DNA of 64,000 nt from Paraspadella gotoi (Eukaryota > Animalia > Chaetognatha). A program made the position numbers and the translations under genes. The stretch is from contig CM119263.1 in the NCBI GenBank assembly GCA_051294375.1, positions 765,756 to 829,755 on the forward strand, in the 5' to 3' direction. Positions 33,639-49,078 of the stretch are shown here, in pieces; position 1 is the stretch's first letter, and every line of letters begins with the position of its first letter. The notes under the pieces are model-generated. The model searched no databases and was not told the origin of the DNA. It was given only the letters and a program-made list of their open reading frames with translations.

Positions 33639-36600
33639 TTGGAGAAGAATTTACGTTGTGCGTGACTATGTCCTTGTCGTCGTCTTCTTCAGCCGATCGT
33701 CAGATCAGATCAGTGATCAGTCGTCGTATCATATTTACATATATCTTATATTCCACATTATGGATTTCAGCATGGATTATTCATCTCAATGAACATTTGC
33801 TATTACCATAACTCATACTAACTTTTCCTCATTCTCTCTACCAATCACTATCTCTATATCTCATCCACCCTCATTAGTTTTAATCTCTCATTTGTTATTC
33901 ACTGAAGAAGAAAACGACGAATGACGAAATAATGAGACGACAACAACAAAAAAACCAACAACAACAAAATATGGAGCTAAAACGCCAGCCTCACCATACT
34001 AGAAGTCAACATATCGCCAGATTAAGGTCAATCTCATTTACATATTGTGTAGTTGTTATTATATTTATATTATATTACATTAGATATATTGATTATATAG
34101 GATAACAAACACAATCACCTCAACAGAAAATATTATTAAACTTACCACAAGTAAATTAAACCGAAAACTACAAAATGTCCAAACTCACAATAAATTAAAC
34201 CAATGCGACGCGATAACCGCAACAACGTCACTGACTTCAGGATTGCTCGAGTCGCGTCCGGAAAAAATAGAAAGGAAAAAGAGAAAAAAGAGTGGATTAT
34301 TTGGGAAAATAACATAAGAGTGCATCCGTGGCAGCCGTGGCAGCGTGCACGGCAGCCGTGGCAGAGAGAGGTGGGAGAAGCATAAATCCTATCTTGTAAC
34401 AGCTTTAAAATCGCTTTTGAGACAAAAAGGGGAAAATAAGGGCGCGTCGGTCCGTCGTCGTCGTCTTCGTCGTATCGTCGTCTGTCCTTGTCGTTGTCCC
34501 GTCGTCGATACCCCGATTCAGTACCATCTCGTCGTTCGTCGTCTTTGTCGGTGAAAAAGTCGTTCGCCGTCGTCGTTGTTGTCGTCATTGTCATTTTCTT
34601 GTCATTATAAATTAATGTTTTTAAGTTGTCATCTTTTTTGTTGTGTCAATTTAATCGTCCTCGTCTTATCACAAACCTAATCTTCTATCCTTAATCCTAA
34701 CCTTAAGCCTAATCTCTAATCCTAATCCCTAACCTTAACCTTTAACCTAATCTTTAACTAAAAACTGATCTATTCCCAATTTAAGAGATGAAATGGGACG
34801 TTCTGGGAAAATAAGGGCCGAAATCATCGTTATTCTTCTGTCCTCTTTGTCATCCGAGAAGAAAGGAAATCGTCCTGTCGTCGTCGTCGTCGTCATCGTC
34901 GTCGCTGAGCAGAGCAGAAAAGAGCATGAATGCTAACCCATTAAATCGCATTGACGCACGAAACCAACATAAACGATTCGCGCGTTGAGATGAGAAAGGG
35001 AGCCGCCGACGACGCCGGCCTCCTGGTAAACAATGGGATCGGCGGCGGAAGAAGAAAGCGGCGTCGATGGCGCGGAAATCGTCTCGAAGACGACGTCAAA
35101 ATTAGTCATAAGTCGCTGCCGAAGGAGGAAAAAAAGGACAAAACGAAAAATGAAATTGTGGAGTCGTATGGTAATGAGAGGGAGTTGAAAACGAGTTGAA
35201 ACATTACAAAGGTTAACATTAATTTATTTATAAATTTTTATTTAAATTTATTTTTTTAGCAGAGGGCTAGTGGGAGGTTTTTTGGTTTAAGCTAATATAA
35301 TTCTAAAAATAAGTTGCTGAGAGGTTAGCTTACACTATAGTTAATCACAAACATGGAATTATCACATAAATTAAGGCGATTTCCAAATTGTAAACGTCAA
35401 CGTGTTTTACAAAACGAAACAGGTTTTTTTAATTAAAATATTAAATATAAACACTGATGTATATTCAAAATTGTTTTCTTTCCTTTGCGGACAAGGATTT
35501 AAAAAAAGAAAGAACAGAACTTTTCCGCCAAGAGTTAAATTATGCAAGTTGGCGACTGACTCGACTGACGTTACGACGCCCTTCAAGACTTTTTGTTCCT
35601 TTTTGACGTTGAAATGCAACAGTTTAATTTCATTAAACTCAATAACACTTGAGCATCCTTTTCTGTGCTCTCTCTCGTCGTCACTCTCATACCTCTTCTC
35701 CTCCTGCTCTCTCCTCTCTCTCCTCTCTCTCTCTCTCCTCTCGTTTTCTTCTCTCTCTCTCTCTCTCTCCTGTAGTCTGAGTCTTCTTCCTACCTCTCTT
35801 TCTCTTCTCTCCCTTCTCTCTCTTCTTCACTTCATCCTTCTCTCTCTCCTCTCTCTGACTATCAAGAGAGTCGGTCTGAGTTTCGTGCTTCTTTTTTATT
35901 TCCTTTTTTCCCCTTTTTTCTATATTTCATATTTTTTTCTCTTTAATAGTGACATAAGAAATAAACGATTTTATTTATATAATTCACAGCGTCTAAAGAG
36001 TTAGATTTAATTTATAAACAATTGAGTTTATCATCTTCTTTTTATTTTTATTTAACGTTTTTATTTTTTATTTTTCTCGGTTTCCTTTTTTAAATTTTAT
36101 TTCTTTAAAAGCAAAGATAAAGCACAACCCCTATTACAAATAGTAATTTTTAGAAGTTACGAAATAATAGAATGTGGCATATATTTTTCACTTTGTTATT
36201 CAGTTTTTCATAGTAACTTAGTCATATTCAAAAATTCTACCTTGTCAACTCGACCTTTTGTTTTAATTCCCGCTTGAAGAGTAAATTAGATGGAACATCG
36301 TACTATTTGTTTCAAGAAAAAAAAAAGAACAGTTTTTATTATCAGTCTGAAGGTCCAAGCCAAGGGCAATAAGAAAATCTTAAATTTTTTAATAACATTA
36401 TATAAAATTTTATATAACTTAAACTAAGGGTAATTGCGAATCTCCCATGTGCAAACGCAAAGTATTTAGAAATAACTCTAAAATTAAGCACCAGATATGG
36501 TAAAACTCCGGTCTTGTGTATGCGTTGACAATGTGAAGTGACACCTTCGTATTTCCGTATTCAAGGGTCCGTTTGCCATGATTGTATTTCAAAGGAAAAA

Positions 36601-37579
36601 ACACATATTTTCGAGAATTTTTCGACTTTCAATTACAGATTGGGCGGATTTTGCGTTCAACTCCTAAACGATGAAAACGAATGAAAATATTCAATTTCTT
36701 TCCTTATTTTAGTAATATATTTATTCTGTTACTATCTACTTTACGATTTTGATTATATAACCAAAATTCTCTTAAAAACTTAAATATATGAGAAAATATT
36801 AGTGAACAAAATTAAAATTGCAAAATTGCCTTCAAATTGAGCGGCCTTACAACACGTAAATCGTGTCATTTTAGACTGAGTAAAACAGAAAAAAAAAGAA
36901 AAAAATTTAGCTATAAATATTTTACGCATCGATAATATTTATTTGTTCACGGATCAACTGAATTCAATGGGCAAAATGTGGGACAAACAACATCTGAGAG
37001 AACAAGAAATCACGTTTCGATTTTTCGCAAATAATAATAATAATAATAATAAAAGTTATGAGCTTTTTTTTTGGGACAACAATTAGCGTCAATAGCTTCG
37101 CGACGAGTACAAATGAACTATTAGCAAGAAAGAGTAAACGAATGACGACCTACTTCTTCTTTTCGAGCGCTGTCTATACTCGTCTCTATACTAGTCCATT
37201 AACTTCAGATTAACAATGTTCGCTCTATATCTTTTTTTTTTTGTTCAAATGATTTATATATAATATTTTTTTTAATACAAAAAATAAATCGATTCGTTCG
37301 GGTGGGTCAAGTTAAAATGTTTAAAATTAAACTATGCTTTATCGAGCTCATCGTATCAAAAATTTAATATAAAACTACTATCGTTTTTACACTTTTAAAT
37401 AATTTCATTCCGCGTGTTTTTTTTTATCGCCGAAATGCCTCATAGAGGAGCGAGTCTTTAAAATTTATTGTCAGTCTCGTCGCCAGGGAAAAACAACAGT
37501 TGGCGGTGACACCTTGATAGCGACGATGAGCGACGATGCGCGATACCAAAACGAAAAACTATATAGCGGGTTTCAACTT

Positions 37580-37615
<36 letters not shown>

Positions 37616-37744
37616 AGAGACGAGAGAGCGAGAGAGAGAGAGAGAGAGATAATACTGGATTTGTAAACCTCTCTACTGGACAGAGAACGAGAGAATATAA
37701 ACCAACGGTTAATGGCACAGTCTAAAAACGGAGAGAGAGAGAGA

Positions 37745-37796
<52 letters not shown>

Positions 37797-39247
37797 AGAG
37801 GGAGAGAGGAGGAGAGAGAGAGAGAAGAGAGGCACCAGAAGGTTCGACGTCTGGGATAAATATATTTAGATTGGTGTTTTGCTTTTTTTTGTTTACATTT
37901 ATATTTGTTTGAATCGATTAAAAAAAACGACGAAAGGGGATAAGTTATAAAACGTTTCGAATCACGAGACGCTCGGTTAAAACGCTGCGATTCAAAACCT
38001 TCCGAGAATCACAGTTCGGCACACTCACAAGATATTACACTCTGTGAATATAACGAATGAGGCGACAGAGTTTTTGAGAAAAAAACAAAACAAAAGGGAC
38101 CTTAGAGGGGCGCTGGGGTGGGAAAGGAGGCAAGTTGGTGTGGCCGGGAAGGGAAGAGAGATCGACCCAGAGGCCTTGCCGAAGGGCGGGACTGGCTGGG
38201 GAAAGGCGGGAGGGTCTTCAGGGGCTCGGGGGAGAGGCGATCCGGGACGGGAAGTCAGTCGAGAAAGAGGGGCTCACGTCATGTCCCAAACTCCGCCAAA
38301 AAGTGGAGGTAGCTGAGGCGTTGGTCCTGGAAGCGTGAACAGCATCTTTGAGTGCTGTGGCTGAAGGAAGAAGAAAGGGACGTAGANNNNNNNNNNNNNN
38401 NNNNNNNNNNNNNNNNNNNNNNNNNNNNNNNNNNNNNNNNNNNNNNNNNNNNNNNNNNNNNNNNNNNNNNNNNNNNNNNNNNNNNNTAATTAAACTTAAT
38501 TTATTATATTTTTATATCTTGTATTAAATTATTTTTCTCTTATCGACGTTTCATTTCGGTCAACCTGAATTCTCGCTCTCACGGTCTCCTCATATCAAAA
38601 TAACAACGAGAAAGACGACGACGATTATAAAACCAATTAATTAATTAATTAATTATTTAATTAATTAATTAATTAAAAACATCAACAACGAAAGTAATGT
38701 CAGCAACGACGACTGAAAAGTAAATCTCATAAACGGTGAGTAAGACTCCCCGCGTTTTCTCTGGTTTTCCGAAGGCTTTTTGTCACAGGATCTTGGGGTC
38801 AGAGGGTCACGGGGTCATAAGATCATGGGGTCACGGGAGTTGTGACCGGTGTCGGACGTCGCGGGAAGAAAAGAGGAAGAATAAGATGACGATGGAATGA
38901 AAAAGGAAAATTCGTCTCGTCTCTGTTGGAAGTGACACTTTTTCTTCCTCGTGACATATTTCTCAGAAATGATTTGATTTCTCAGAAATGAATTGAATTA
39001 CGACCTGGAAGCGGTCAGTAAACCACGTACTCTGGCCATCTTCAGATTTATAGCTAAAATATAATCTTTTTATTTTTTCCACTAAAAAGGTCATTTATAT
39101 TATTTGAGGGAGAATTTGGACAATAATTTAAAATAATCCATTGAATTCATATTCAATCTTCTTTCGTTAATAAATAAAAAAATGTCATTGTTCTTTTTGT
39201 TGAGAAAATGTTCGTCGGTGGTTTCCTCGACGTATCCATGGTTTTGT

Positions 39248-39295
<48 letters not shown>

Positions 39296-39930
39296 GTCAA
39301 TATTCATCGAAGCGAAATAATGAATTCGACGGAAAAGACTTTTTGTCTTTCCTCCTTTTCTCTTCACGAAAGATAAACCCGCTAATTCACCATTCTAACT
39401 CTCTCTCTCTCTGAGGAAGGAGGGCCAACGCTAGGGTAATTAGACCCACGTCTGTCTATCATCTTATATACTTGCATCGACCACGGCCGTGCTCTGACAT
39501 CCTCCACGAGACATATACATACACACCGCTCTCTCTTCCCCTGAAAATTTACCGAAACCGCCATCGCATTTTAACCGCTCTCTCACTTCTTAACCACCTC
39601 TCACACTCTCACACTCTCAAAGCTCTCACACTTGTGTGCGATCACACCTTAATTCTTCCTCCCATTTTTCCCAAACTCATCTTTTAAAGTTCGTCGAATC
39701 AAAAGAGTCAAGTTTAACTGTGTTCAACAAAATATAAAGAGTTAAAATTAAACTTAGAATATTCGTCCGGACTCTCGGAATCTTCGGATCACTTACCTTT
39801 TTGAAAAAAAAATCGTAGAGGATTTTTTTTTTCGTCTCGGAAACTTTGTTCCCTGAGAGAACCGAAGTTTCGAGACGCGGAACAAAGTTTTTTACGACCC
39901 GTACCAAAATAAATCCACTCTCTCTCCTCT

Positions 39931-39980
<50 letters not shown>

Positions 39981-40037
39981 TTCTTCTCTCTCTTTCTTCT
40001 CTCTCCTCTTCTCTTTTTCTTCGCTCTCTTCTCTCTG

Positions 40038-40078
<41 letters not shown>

Positions 40079-40107
40079 CTTCTTCCTTCTTCTCTCTCTT
40101 CTCTCTC

Positions 40108-40150
<43 letters not shown>

Positions 40151-40805
40151 ACTCTCTCCTCTCTCTCGCCGATTTTAATCAAAACATATTCTCTTGAAGT
40201 GATCTTTCTGCATAACAAGTTTGTTTTTTCAATTTATTTTCCTTTTTATTGTTTGTTTTTAAATTTTCGCCGGTTGAATGAAAAAAAAAAACATTGCTGG
40301 AGCTGATGCAAAGTCTTTTTTTGAACATGCGTTCAATTGCAAATCGCTGTGTGTACCTTTGTATTATTGTAATTCATATAACACGTCCCTAGAGTGTTCA
40401 ACTTCTCAAAGAAAACACGAAAACAATCCGGGAAAAGAAACAATCTAGAGAGAAAATGATCGCTCAAAATTTGATTGAGTAGTGAACTTCACGCAATTTA
40501 TTCCTGATGTTTCTTTCTGCTCCACAAAAATATAACAGATTAACTAGTCGAAAGGAGTTAGAGAGAGAAGAGAGAATCGAGATCTATGAGAGCGATTGAG
40601 AGAAGAGATGAGCAGGGAGAGAGACGGACTATCGAGGGAGAGGAAGGAGAGTATAGGAGAAAGGGAAAGATGGGAAGATGAGAGGGGGGGAAATGAGAAA
40701 CAAAGCACGGAAGCGAAACAATAAACGCGAAGAAAGTGAGGAGAACTACGCGACCAGCTGTGCTTCTGCCATTCTATCCCAACCCATTCAAATTCACTCT
40801 CTTCT

Positions 40806-40870
<65 letters not shown>

Positions 40871-43800
40871 CTCTCTCTTTCTCCATCTCCCTGTTTATCC
40901 TTTTCTCCTTCATTCCCATCCCATGGCATCGTCGCGTTTGCTTTTTGTTTTCTGTTGGATTCTGGGTAGAAAGTTATCAGTATTACTCCGCAGACCAACG
41001 GGGCATTCATCGCCATCATTCCTGTTTTTTCTTCGTTAGCGCTTTTGATGATGAAGCGATGGGCTGACGGGAGGGTGAGGAAAGGCTGGAGGTGGGTAAC
41101 GGTCAAGGTTTGTGCGGGGAGGGTTTGAAAATGGTGGAAGAAGGAAAAGGGAGAGAATTTTATGGAAAGATAATAATGATAACTGTAATTATAATATTGT
41201 ATTTATCATTATTGAGTGATGACCTATGTGCGGTGAGCGAAGTTTTAGTAATGCGGGTGTGCTTGAGCGGGAAAAAACCTTTTGAAAATATGGGAAAGGG
41301 GAATGATGGAAATAAAAAAGAGATAGAAAAGGATAAGAGAGAAAGAAGAGAAAAATGAACTTAGATGAAAGAGAAAGAGAAAGAAAAGAGATAAAAAACA
41401 AGCGGAGAAGAGAGAAAGAAAGAGAAAATGAAATGAAAAAGAGATAGAAAAGCGAAAAAGATAGAAAGAAAGAGGAAAAAAGAAAAAGAAAAAATAAAGA
41501 GACATTTAAAAGAAGAAGAAAAAAAGAGAATAGTAAGAGGAAAAATAAAGTAAAATAAAAAGAAAGAGAGACGTGGGGAATTTTAATCCTGTCACAGCCG
41601 TCACACATATTTTCGCTTTTTTGTTTTTGGCCCAAAACCCGATTTGTCGCTGTCCTCAGTTTTTGAGGGATTTTCTCAGGGCGTCGCGGTTTCCCTCCCT
41701 ACCTCCCGCCCTCACCTCGAGGGGCAATGAATGAAATGAATAATGATATGAATAAGATATGAATGAATGAATGAATGAAGGAGAAGAAGATATGAGAAGT
41801 GAAAGGAAGGAGGAGGAAGGAAGGAGATAGAAGGAAGAAGGAGAAAAGAATGAGATGAAGATGAGTAATGAATGAATGAATGAATAAGATGAAGATGAAT
41901 GGTAAAGTAGGAAAAAAGAATGAATGATGAGAAGCAAAATAGTAGTGATAAGAAGGAATGAATAAATGTAATGCTGAATGATAAATGATGAACTGTGAAA
42001 TTGGAATAAATGACTGAAACATGAAGGTAGGAATGAGATAAAAGGGTGGAATGAATTAAATGACTAATGAATAAATGAATGAAGGTATTGAAGGAATAAA
42101 TGAATATGAAATGAATGTAAATGAATAGTAGGAATGAAGGGAATTAAATAGTAAGGACATTGATAATGACTGAATTTTAGATGAGTGAAGAAGAAAAGGT
42201 TGAGGAATAGAATAATGGATCGCATGAGCTCGACATAGAATCTGCGATTGGCTGAATGACTGATTGTGAATGAATTTAATTAATCATCGCTATTAGACAT
42301 GTGTGAACGTGTGTGAGCTGAGAGAAGAGAAATTGAAGAGGATCTGAAGGGAAAGAGTAGAAGTAAGAAAGAGGAGAGAGCAGTAGTGAAAGATGAGGCA
42401 AAAAGGGCGAGGAGGAGAACAGACGAGGTTGGTTAATGGATGGGGGCGAGAGAGGGGAGGAACGGAGGAGGGCGGGGCGCGCGTTCTCTTATCTTACGAA
42501 AATTTATTCGCTCACGCTCGTTTGCGACGAGAAGACTCTCGATTCGAAAAAACCTAAAAAAAAAATAAGAAAAAAAATCTCTTTCTTTAATTTTCGCTTT
42601 CTCTTTTTACATCTACCTTTCTTTCTTTCTTCTTTCTTTCGGATTCATATATTCTTTCATTTATTCTTTCTTTCTTTTCTTTCTTTCTTTTTTTTATTTC
42701 TTTCTTTCTTTATTTCTTTTTATTATGCTTTTTTTAATATCAATTCATTTTTGAATTTTTATTCTTTCTCTCTTTTGGGTTTAATTATTTTTAGAGTTTT
42801 TTGTTTCTTTGTTTTTGATTTCAACTTTTGTTTAGGAAAGGATTTATGTTTCGTCTGACCGACTGTTTTCTCTTTTTAGTACCAATAAAAATTGGAGGGT
42901 TTAAAATTAATAATAATCTAAATAGTGTATACGCAATATGAAAAAGAGTTGGTTATTAGCGTTTATAGAGCCGCTTCCAATTCATATGTCCGCTCGCGCC
43001 TTCGCATACAATCGCGCGCGGCGCGCGGCGCGGGCGCCGCGCGCGCGGTGCGCGTGAGGCGTGTACATTCCTGAAAACCACTGATTCTCATTGGTCAGTA
43101 AAAAGGGCGCTGTGTAGATTCTCAAGTGTGTGTGACCTTCTTCATCACTTTAGAACTTCCCAGGTTAAATTTCTATGAGTTTAAAAACACCCTTTTCGGG
43201 GCGTAAGACATGATTTCTTCAATGCCTTGTCAATCTATATCTTCATTATGGCACCTCTTTGATATATAAAGTGCTTTGAATGTATATATATAGAGATAAT
43301 AGAAGTTGAGTGTGGAAAGATCGCCACTCTCATATATAGATAACACATAACACTGTACTATATATATATACACATCTCTCTATGTTCAAGACGCCATCAT
43401 TCACTCAGATACATACTTTATATACATATATTTGATACGGTTTCACTGCAATGAAGTGTTCTTTGCCTTCTTTTTCTAATATGGTCTCACTCACTCGCGG
43501 TTCTTTGCGCTTTTTCCTCCTCTTTTCCTCCTTACTTCTCACGCTGTACTTGAGCTTTGCCCCACCCCGATCCTCGACCTTTTTTTTCTCACCTCTCAAT
43601 TCATTCCCTTTTTCCCCTTTTTTTCTTTCCAATTTTCACGGCCCAACCTCACAAACCCACATCCCCAAATTTGCTCTTTTTTTGCCTCTTCAACCCTTCA
43701 TCTCTTTCTCTCCCTTCTCCCTTTTCTTAGTGTTTTCCCTTTTCCTATTTTCTTGTCACTACGGTTCTACATTGAGCCCCAAATCAAAAGAAAAATATTT

Positions 43801-46800
43801 AAAATGCATTATAAGAAAGAAAATCAAGTGGTGAGCGGCATTGATTTTTCTTTCATTTTCGTCTTGCCTACGCACATTTATGTTTACATCGGACAGATTT
43901 TCGGAGAGAAAATTTTTCCGCCAAATCTCGCTCAGATTTGCAAAAAAAACAAAGTCCTGAGTGCTGTTCCAGTGGATATAAAAAGGATGCAGGTTTTTTG
44001 ATTTACTCAACGGCGCAGTATGTACCTCATCTTTTTAAATTAATAAAGAGCTTGAAAATATCTCTTTATAAAAATATAATGCAGAGTCACTAAAAAAGTT
44101 CACAAACAATATATAAAAAGACGTCTAAAAAATTATTTGGTGGCTAAACCAGGAAAGTTTTTTGATGAATTTTATAGGTGGTAAAAGTCTTATCAATAGG
44201 CTATTATTTTCTGGTTAATTTACAAACAAAACCAATTTGATTTATTTGTGTGCCTTTAACAAATTATGATAAACGCTAGAGAAACTGCAACTTTGTTGAC
44301 TTTGTTAGCTTGGTAAATTAATTTTTAGGCCAAACTATAAATGATTTAACGCGCTAATAAATTTTACCCAGAGTAAAGATAAGAAAGAACGGATTTCCAA
44401 GCTAAAAAAATTTTTCTAACTTTCGTGTGCATTCAAATCAGAAGTCGTAAGGTTAAAAATGGACCAAAAATGGATTTTGGCTAAAATAGTGGCCAAATGG
44501 TTCCTCTATTTTATCATTAGGAAACGCGGTAGGAGTTTTTTTAACTAAAATCCTTTTCGTTCGGCCTAATTTGTGGTGTGCTTGGATTGTTTAATCAATA
44601 TTTGTAAGTACAACTGAACAATAGTTGGCGCAGATTCCTTGTTTTTTTTTCTCTAAATGCAATCGTTTGTAACGCGCGAATCAAACCTGTACTGTATTTA
44701 GGGCACAATGACGAAAAAGTGCCCCGTACGTTACTGTCCGTGACATAAAAACTCTCACCTTCAATATTATCTATATTTCTTTTTATTTTTTGAAACGTTA
44801 TAGTTTCATTATGTTGATATCCAAGATATCGATGGCAAAACTCTTTTTTTTTTGTTTTTTTAGGGATAGAGACTGAATTATGGGTTGAAAGATTGATAAT
44901 TTTTTATATATAAAAAGTTACTTATTCAATATTTTTATTCATAGAATTGTAATAAAAAAAAAAAATATTAAAAAAATAATAGTACTAATAGTTAGTGTTT
45001 ATGTCTCAAATTGAGATGCTGGAAAAAAAAACCTCATTTTTTAAAAATTCGATCGGGAAGTGGGGGTAACTAAGGCTTACCCAATGGCGCATCCCTCACG
45101 CGCGGATTGTTCTCTCAAATATTTTTTTTATTTAATACAATTTGAAAGGGAAAAACGAAAATTTGAAATCGCAGGTTACAGAAAGGGTACAGATAATTCT
45201 TTGGACTTTTTGACATGATAACCATGGAACCTTTTATATCTTGTAAAATGTCGCGGGCAGTAAAAAGAAATCTAAAAAATTCATCATAAGTCAGTCAATG
45301 AACCCTTTCCAATGGGCTATTATGAGAAACTATTTTTATTTTAAAATGATTGATAAATATAATATAAATTCCTTGCTCATATTTAAAAAAAATTCTCAAT
45401 CAATTTAACACCAATGATGTGTGTTGCTTTGTCAAATATGTTACCAGCTATATAATTTACAACTTTATTATGATAACAAGCGGTCTGTCAAAGCTTTTAG
45501 TGCAGCTATAAGATAATCGAAAAAGACGATTTTTGTTCACAGATCAAGAAGGTAGATGCGTCCAGACTGTTTATATTTCAAGCTTTGAAAAAACATATTT
45601 TCGTATGGTTTTTTAATATTTACAAAAAAATACATTTTATCAAGCTAACAACATAAATTTTTTGGCTTGTTTTTTAAACTTTTAACTGATATAAGACAAT
45701 TATGGAATAAAGAAAATTAATAATTAAAACAAAATGTAATTCTAATCCTTTTCAAATAACATAAACCGATAAGAACCTTGATCTTCCATATGCTCTGCCT
45801 TCACTCTCGCCAAATTCTACCACGGCCGCGGCTAATAACTGTGATCATGTTTTTACTCTGATTTACAAATGAGAGAGCAGATAGAGAGATAGATACGACC
45901 TGGGGGAAGATATATATATATATAACTCTTTTTTAGAAAGGTGTCCCATGATTAGGGCTTATTAGATACACAACTCCTCTCGCCTCAATCCTGCTATATA
46001 TAACATATATAACAAAGATTATCTAACTCACTCTCTCTCTGTAAGAAGAGTGTGGAGACGCAGTTACACCAATCTTTTGTTTAAATAAAAAATTTCGGCG
46101 AAGCCGGTTAGGATATTTTGACTGCGTATTGCTAACATACATATATATATACAAAATTACCGAGAGGTGTGAGACGCACCTCCTCCGTTTCTCTGTTCAC
46201 ATTACTCGCGCCAGTGTACTGCACTTTCAGATGTACCCATTGTATAATAATTTATTTATTTATTTCCCCCAAAAAGCCTAATTAGAAAGCTTGAAATTTC
46301 TGTCAAATTGGTTCGGAAAAAAAAAATTTTGTCCGACCTTATGCTCATTTGAGAATAATGGTTTTGCATCATGAAAATCAAAATATCAAAAAAATAAAAA
46401 AAATCAGCCTCTAGAAAAAAATCAAAAGGCTAGAGGCTTGATTTTTGTTTAGAATTGCAAAAATTTCTTTCCTGACCTCATAATCCAATTTTATTTCAAG
46501 TTTAAAAATATTTTGTTTCCTCTCCTTCTCTCTCTCCTGTCTCTCATTTTAATTAAAATGTTTTTAGAGTGTGTGAGTGGTATTGCTTTTGAAAGAATTG
46601 AAAAAAAGTTGAAATATAGTAATTGCAGATATATGAGTAAAATATATAATATAGCGAGGCGGAGTAAGCAGAGGAAAACTTCCATCTATACACAAGTCTT
46701 GTAAATGAATTTCATTATTGTTATTTAGATTATTACTAGTTACCAAACGAGAGGCACACTAGAGAAGCTTTTCACTCTCTCTCGCGCGCGCGGAGTGCTC

Positions 46801-49041
46801 ATGGTAAAAAAATAGTGTGCACGTAACCAAGCTGTACTACGTGGCGGCGGGGGCGGCGCGCATACATATATGACGCTCGATCATCGCCGTCTCAGAGATA
46901 TGTCTCCTGCTTCGAACTTCATATATATTAAGACTCAGAGTATCTATGTTCGTGGCTCCAATAAAATGCTCCTCGAGGATCTTCTGTGTAAGCGTTTGAG
47001 CTATATTGCTTCATCTTTTTTACTATTTTTGATCTTAGTTAGGCTTTTCTGTTGATGAGGTCTAAGGGTTGATGGTCAGATACAGTATGTCCCAGTAGTG
47101 TATATCCAACATTATTTACATAAAGTAATGATCAATTAATTTGGCTCAGAGAAAACCCAATTTTAAGGAATAAAATCAGCACGAGGACCGTTTCGCCCAC
47201 GTTATTTTTCATTTGTGCCATACGGTATTTCAACAAGGTATTGTTAAGATTTTTTCTGTTTTAGTCTTTACTAAAAATTTAGCTCTTCATTTCAAGGCAA
47301 CGTTTTTTCTTTGGCTCCACGTAGAGTGGATTTTTTGTAAATGTCAGAATTTCTCTCTCGAACTTCACTGTAGAATTGAAATATTTATATTTCGAAGGTG
47401 CATCCGAGTAACCATACAAAAAATTTAAATTTAAATTTTTAGGATTCTGAAATTTCCGATTTAACGCGAATTTACATTTTGAGGTTCGTCATTTCTTTGC
47501 GAGTCACTCAACAAAAATAGATGTAATTCGTTGGGAAATTTGATGAGTGATAATTTACCGGAATTTTAATTTTTTTTTATTTTGTGAATAGTGACTAAAG
47601 TCATTTTTCCGAACGTAACCGACTTCCACAATGAAAACCCTAAAAGGAAAATATACCGAAAAAAAATCGGATAAAAATAGCAAAGTTAAACTGACATTCA
47701 TTGATAAGGATTGAGAAATGGGAGAGAGAGAAGAGAGAGAGAGACGAGAGAGAGAGAGAGGAGAAGAGAGAGAGAGAGAGAGAGGAGAGAGACGAGATGA
47801 ACAGAGAGAAGAGAAGGAGAGAGANNNNNNNNNNNNNNNNNNNNNNNNNCTCTCTCTCTCCCTTTTCTCAATCCTTATCAATGAATGTCAGTTAATTTGC
47901 TATTTTATCCCGATTTTTTTTCGGTATTTTCCTTTTAGGGTTTCATTGTGAGTCGGTTACTTCGGAAATGACTTTAGTCACATTCACAAAATAAAAAATT
48001 CAAATTTCACTCATCAAATTTCCTCGAAGCGATTCACATCTATTTTTGTTGAGTGACTCGACAAGAAAAGTGACGAACCTCAAAATGTGAAATTCGCGTT
48101 TAACGAAATTTCAGGAATCACTAAAATTTAAATTTAAATTTTGTATGGTTTACTCGGTGCACCTTCAAATATAAATATTCAATTCTACAGTGAAGTTCGA
48201 GAGAGAGAATTCTGGGAATTACAAAAAATCCACTCTACTTGGAGGAAAGAAAAACGTTGCTTGTATGAAGAGCTAAATTTAGTAAAGCTAAAATTTTTCT
48301 CGTTCGTGAAAAAACTTGTAAATCGTTTTGCCCGTCGTGGAGTGACGTTGATTTTCCTTTCGATTCTTCAAAACAGTTGAAAAGTTGTGAGTTTTTCTCA
48401 AAGGTCGTCCTGAATTTCTTCTCAGTGATAGAAAAAGATGCCTTTTTTATCGAATAGTTTCTATTGATAAAGAACTGTATGTTATGTATGTATTGAAAAG
48501 TATAAGTTTAGTACCCGAAATAAAGTTTGTATCCCGGGGGCAATTTGAGCCGGACCCCCTTTTGTCTTCCGACTCATTTTATTTTAACAGTTACACCTAA
48601 TGGATTTTCTCTTTTAAAATTACGTATTTTCCCATTATTTTTTTTTTTTTTTTAAAATACATGCATAATAAAGCGCGCAAATTTAGGATTTAAGAAGTGT
48701 CATTTTTTTTGGCGCCGACTATAATGTTGTCGCCACACCACTGCCTCCGCCGCCACTCCCGGCCACTCCGCCGCCCACCTCCCACCACCATCCCCACCGC
48801 TAACCCCCGCCGCCATCTCCCGCCACTCCCGCGCCACCCCTCGCCTCCCCCTCCTTCGGCCGATTCCATAAAATCAAGGCGATAATTAACGACTTCCCTT
48901 TTTTTCTCCTTCATCTTTTCCTCCATCGATTCGAACGACGGATTCAGTCGACGGGTGAGGTCAGAGAGAGAGAGAGAGGAGAAGACGAGGAGGAAGGGAG
49001 AGAGACGAGGAGAGAGAGAAAGAGAGAGAAGGGAGAGAGAC

Positions 49042-49078
<37 letters not shown>

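Noticed and set aside
38101-38360. Possible minus-strand exon with a strong acceptor
   Set aside because: All three frames contain stops as assembled, the donor is weak, no homology is recognisable and it is adjacent to a gap.
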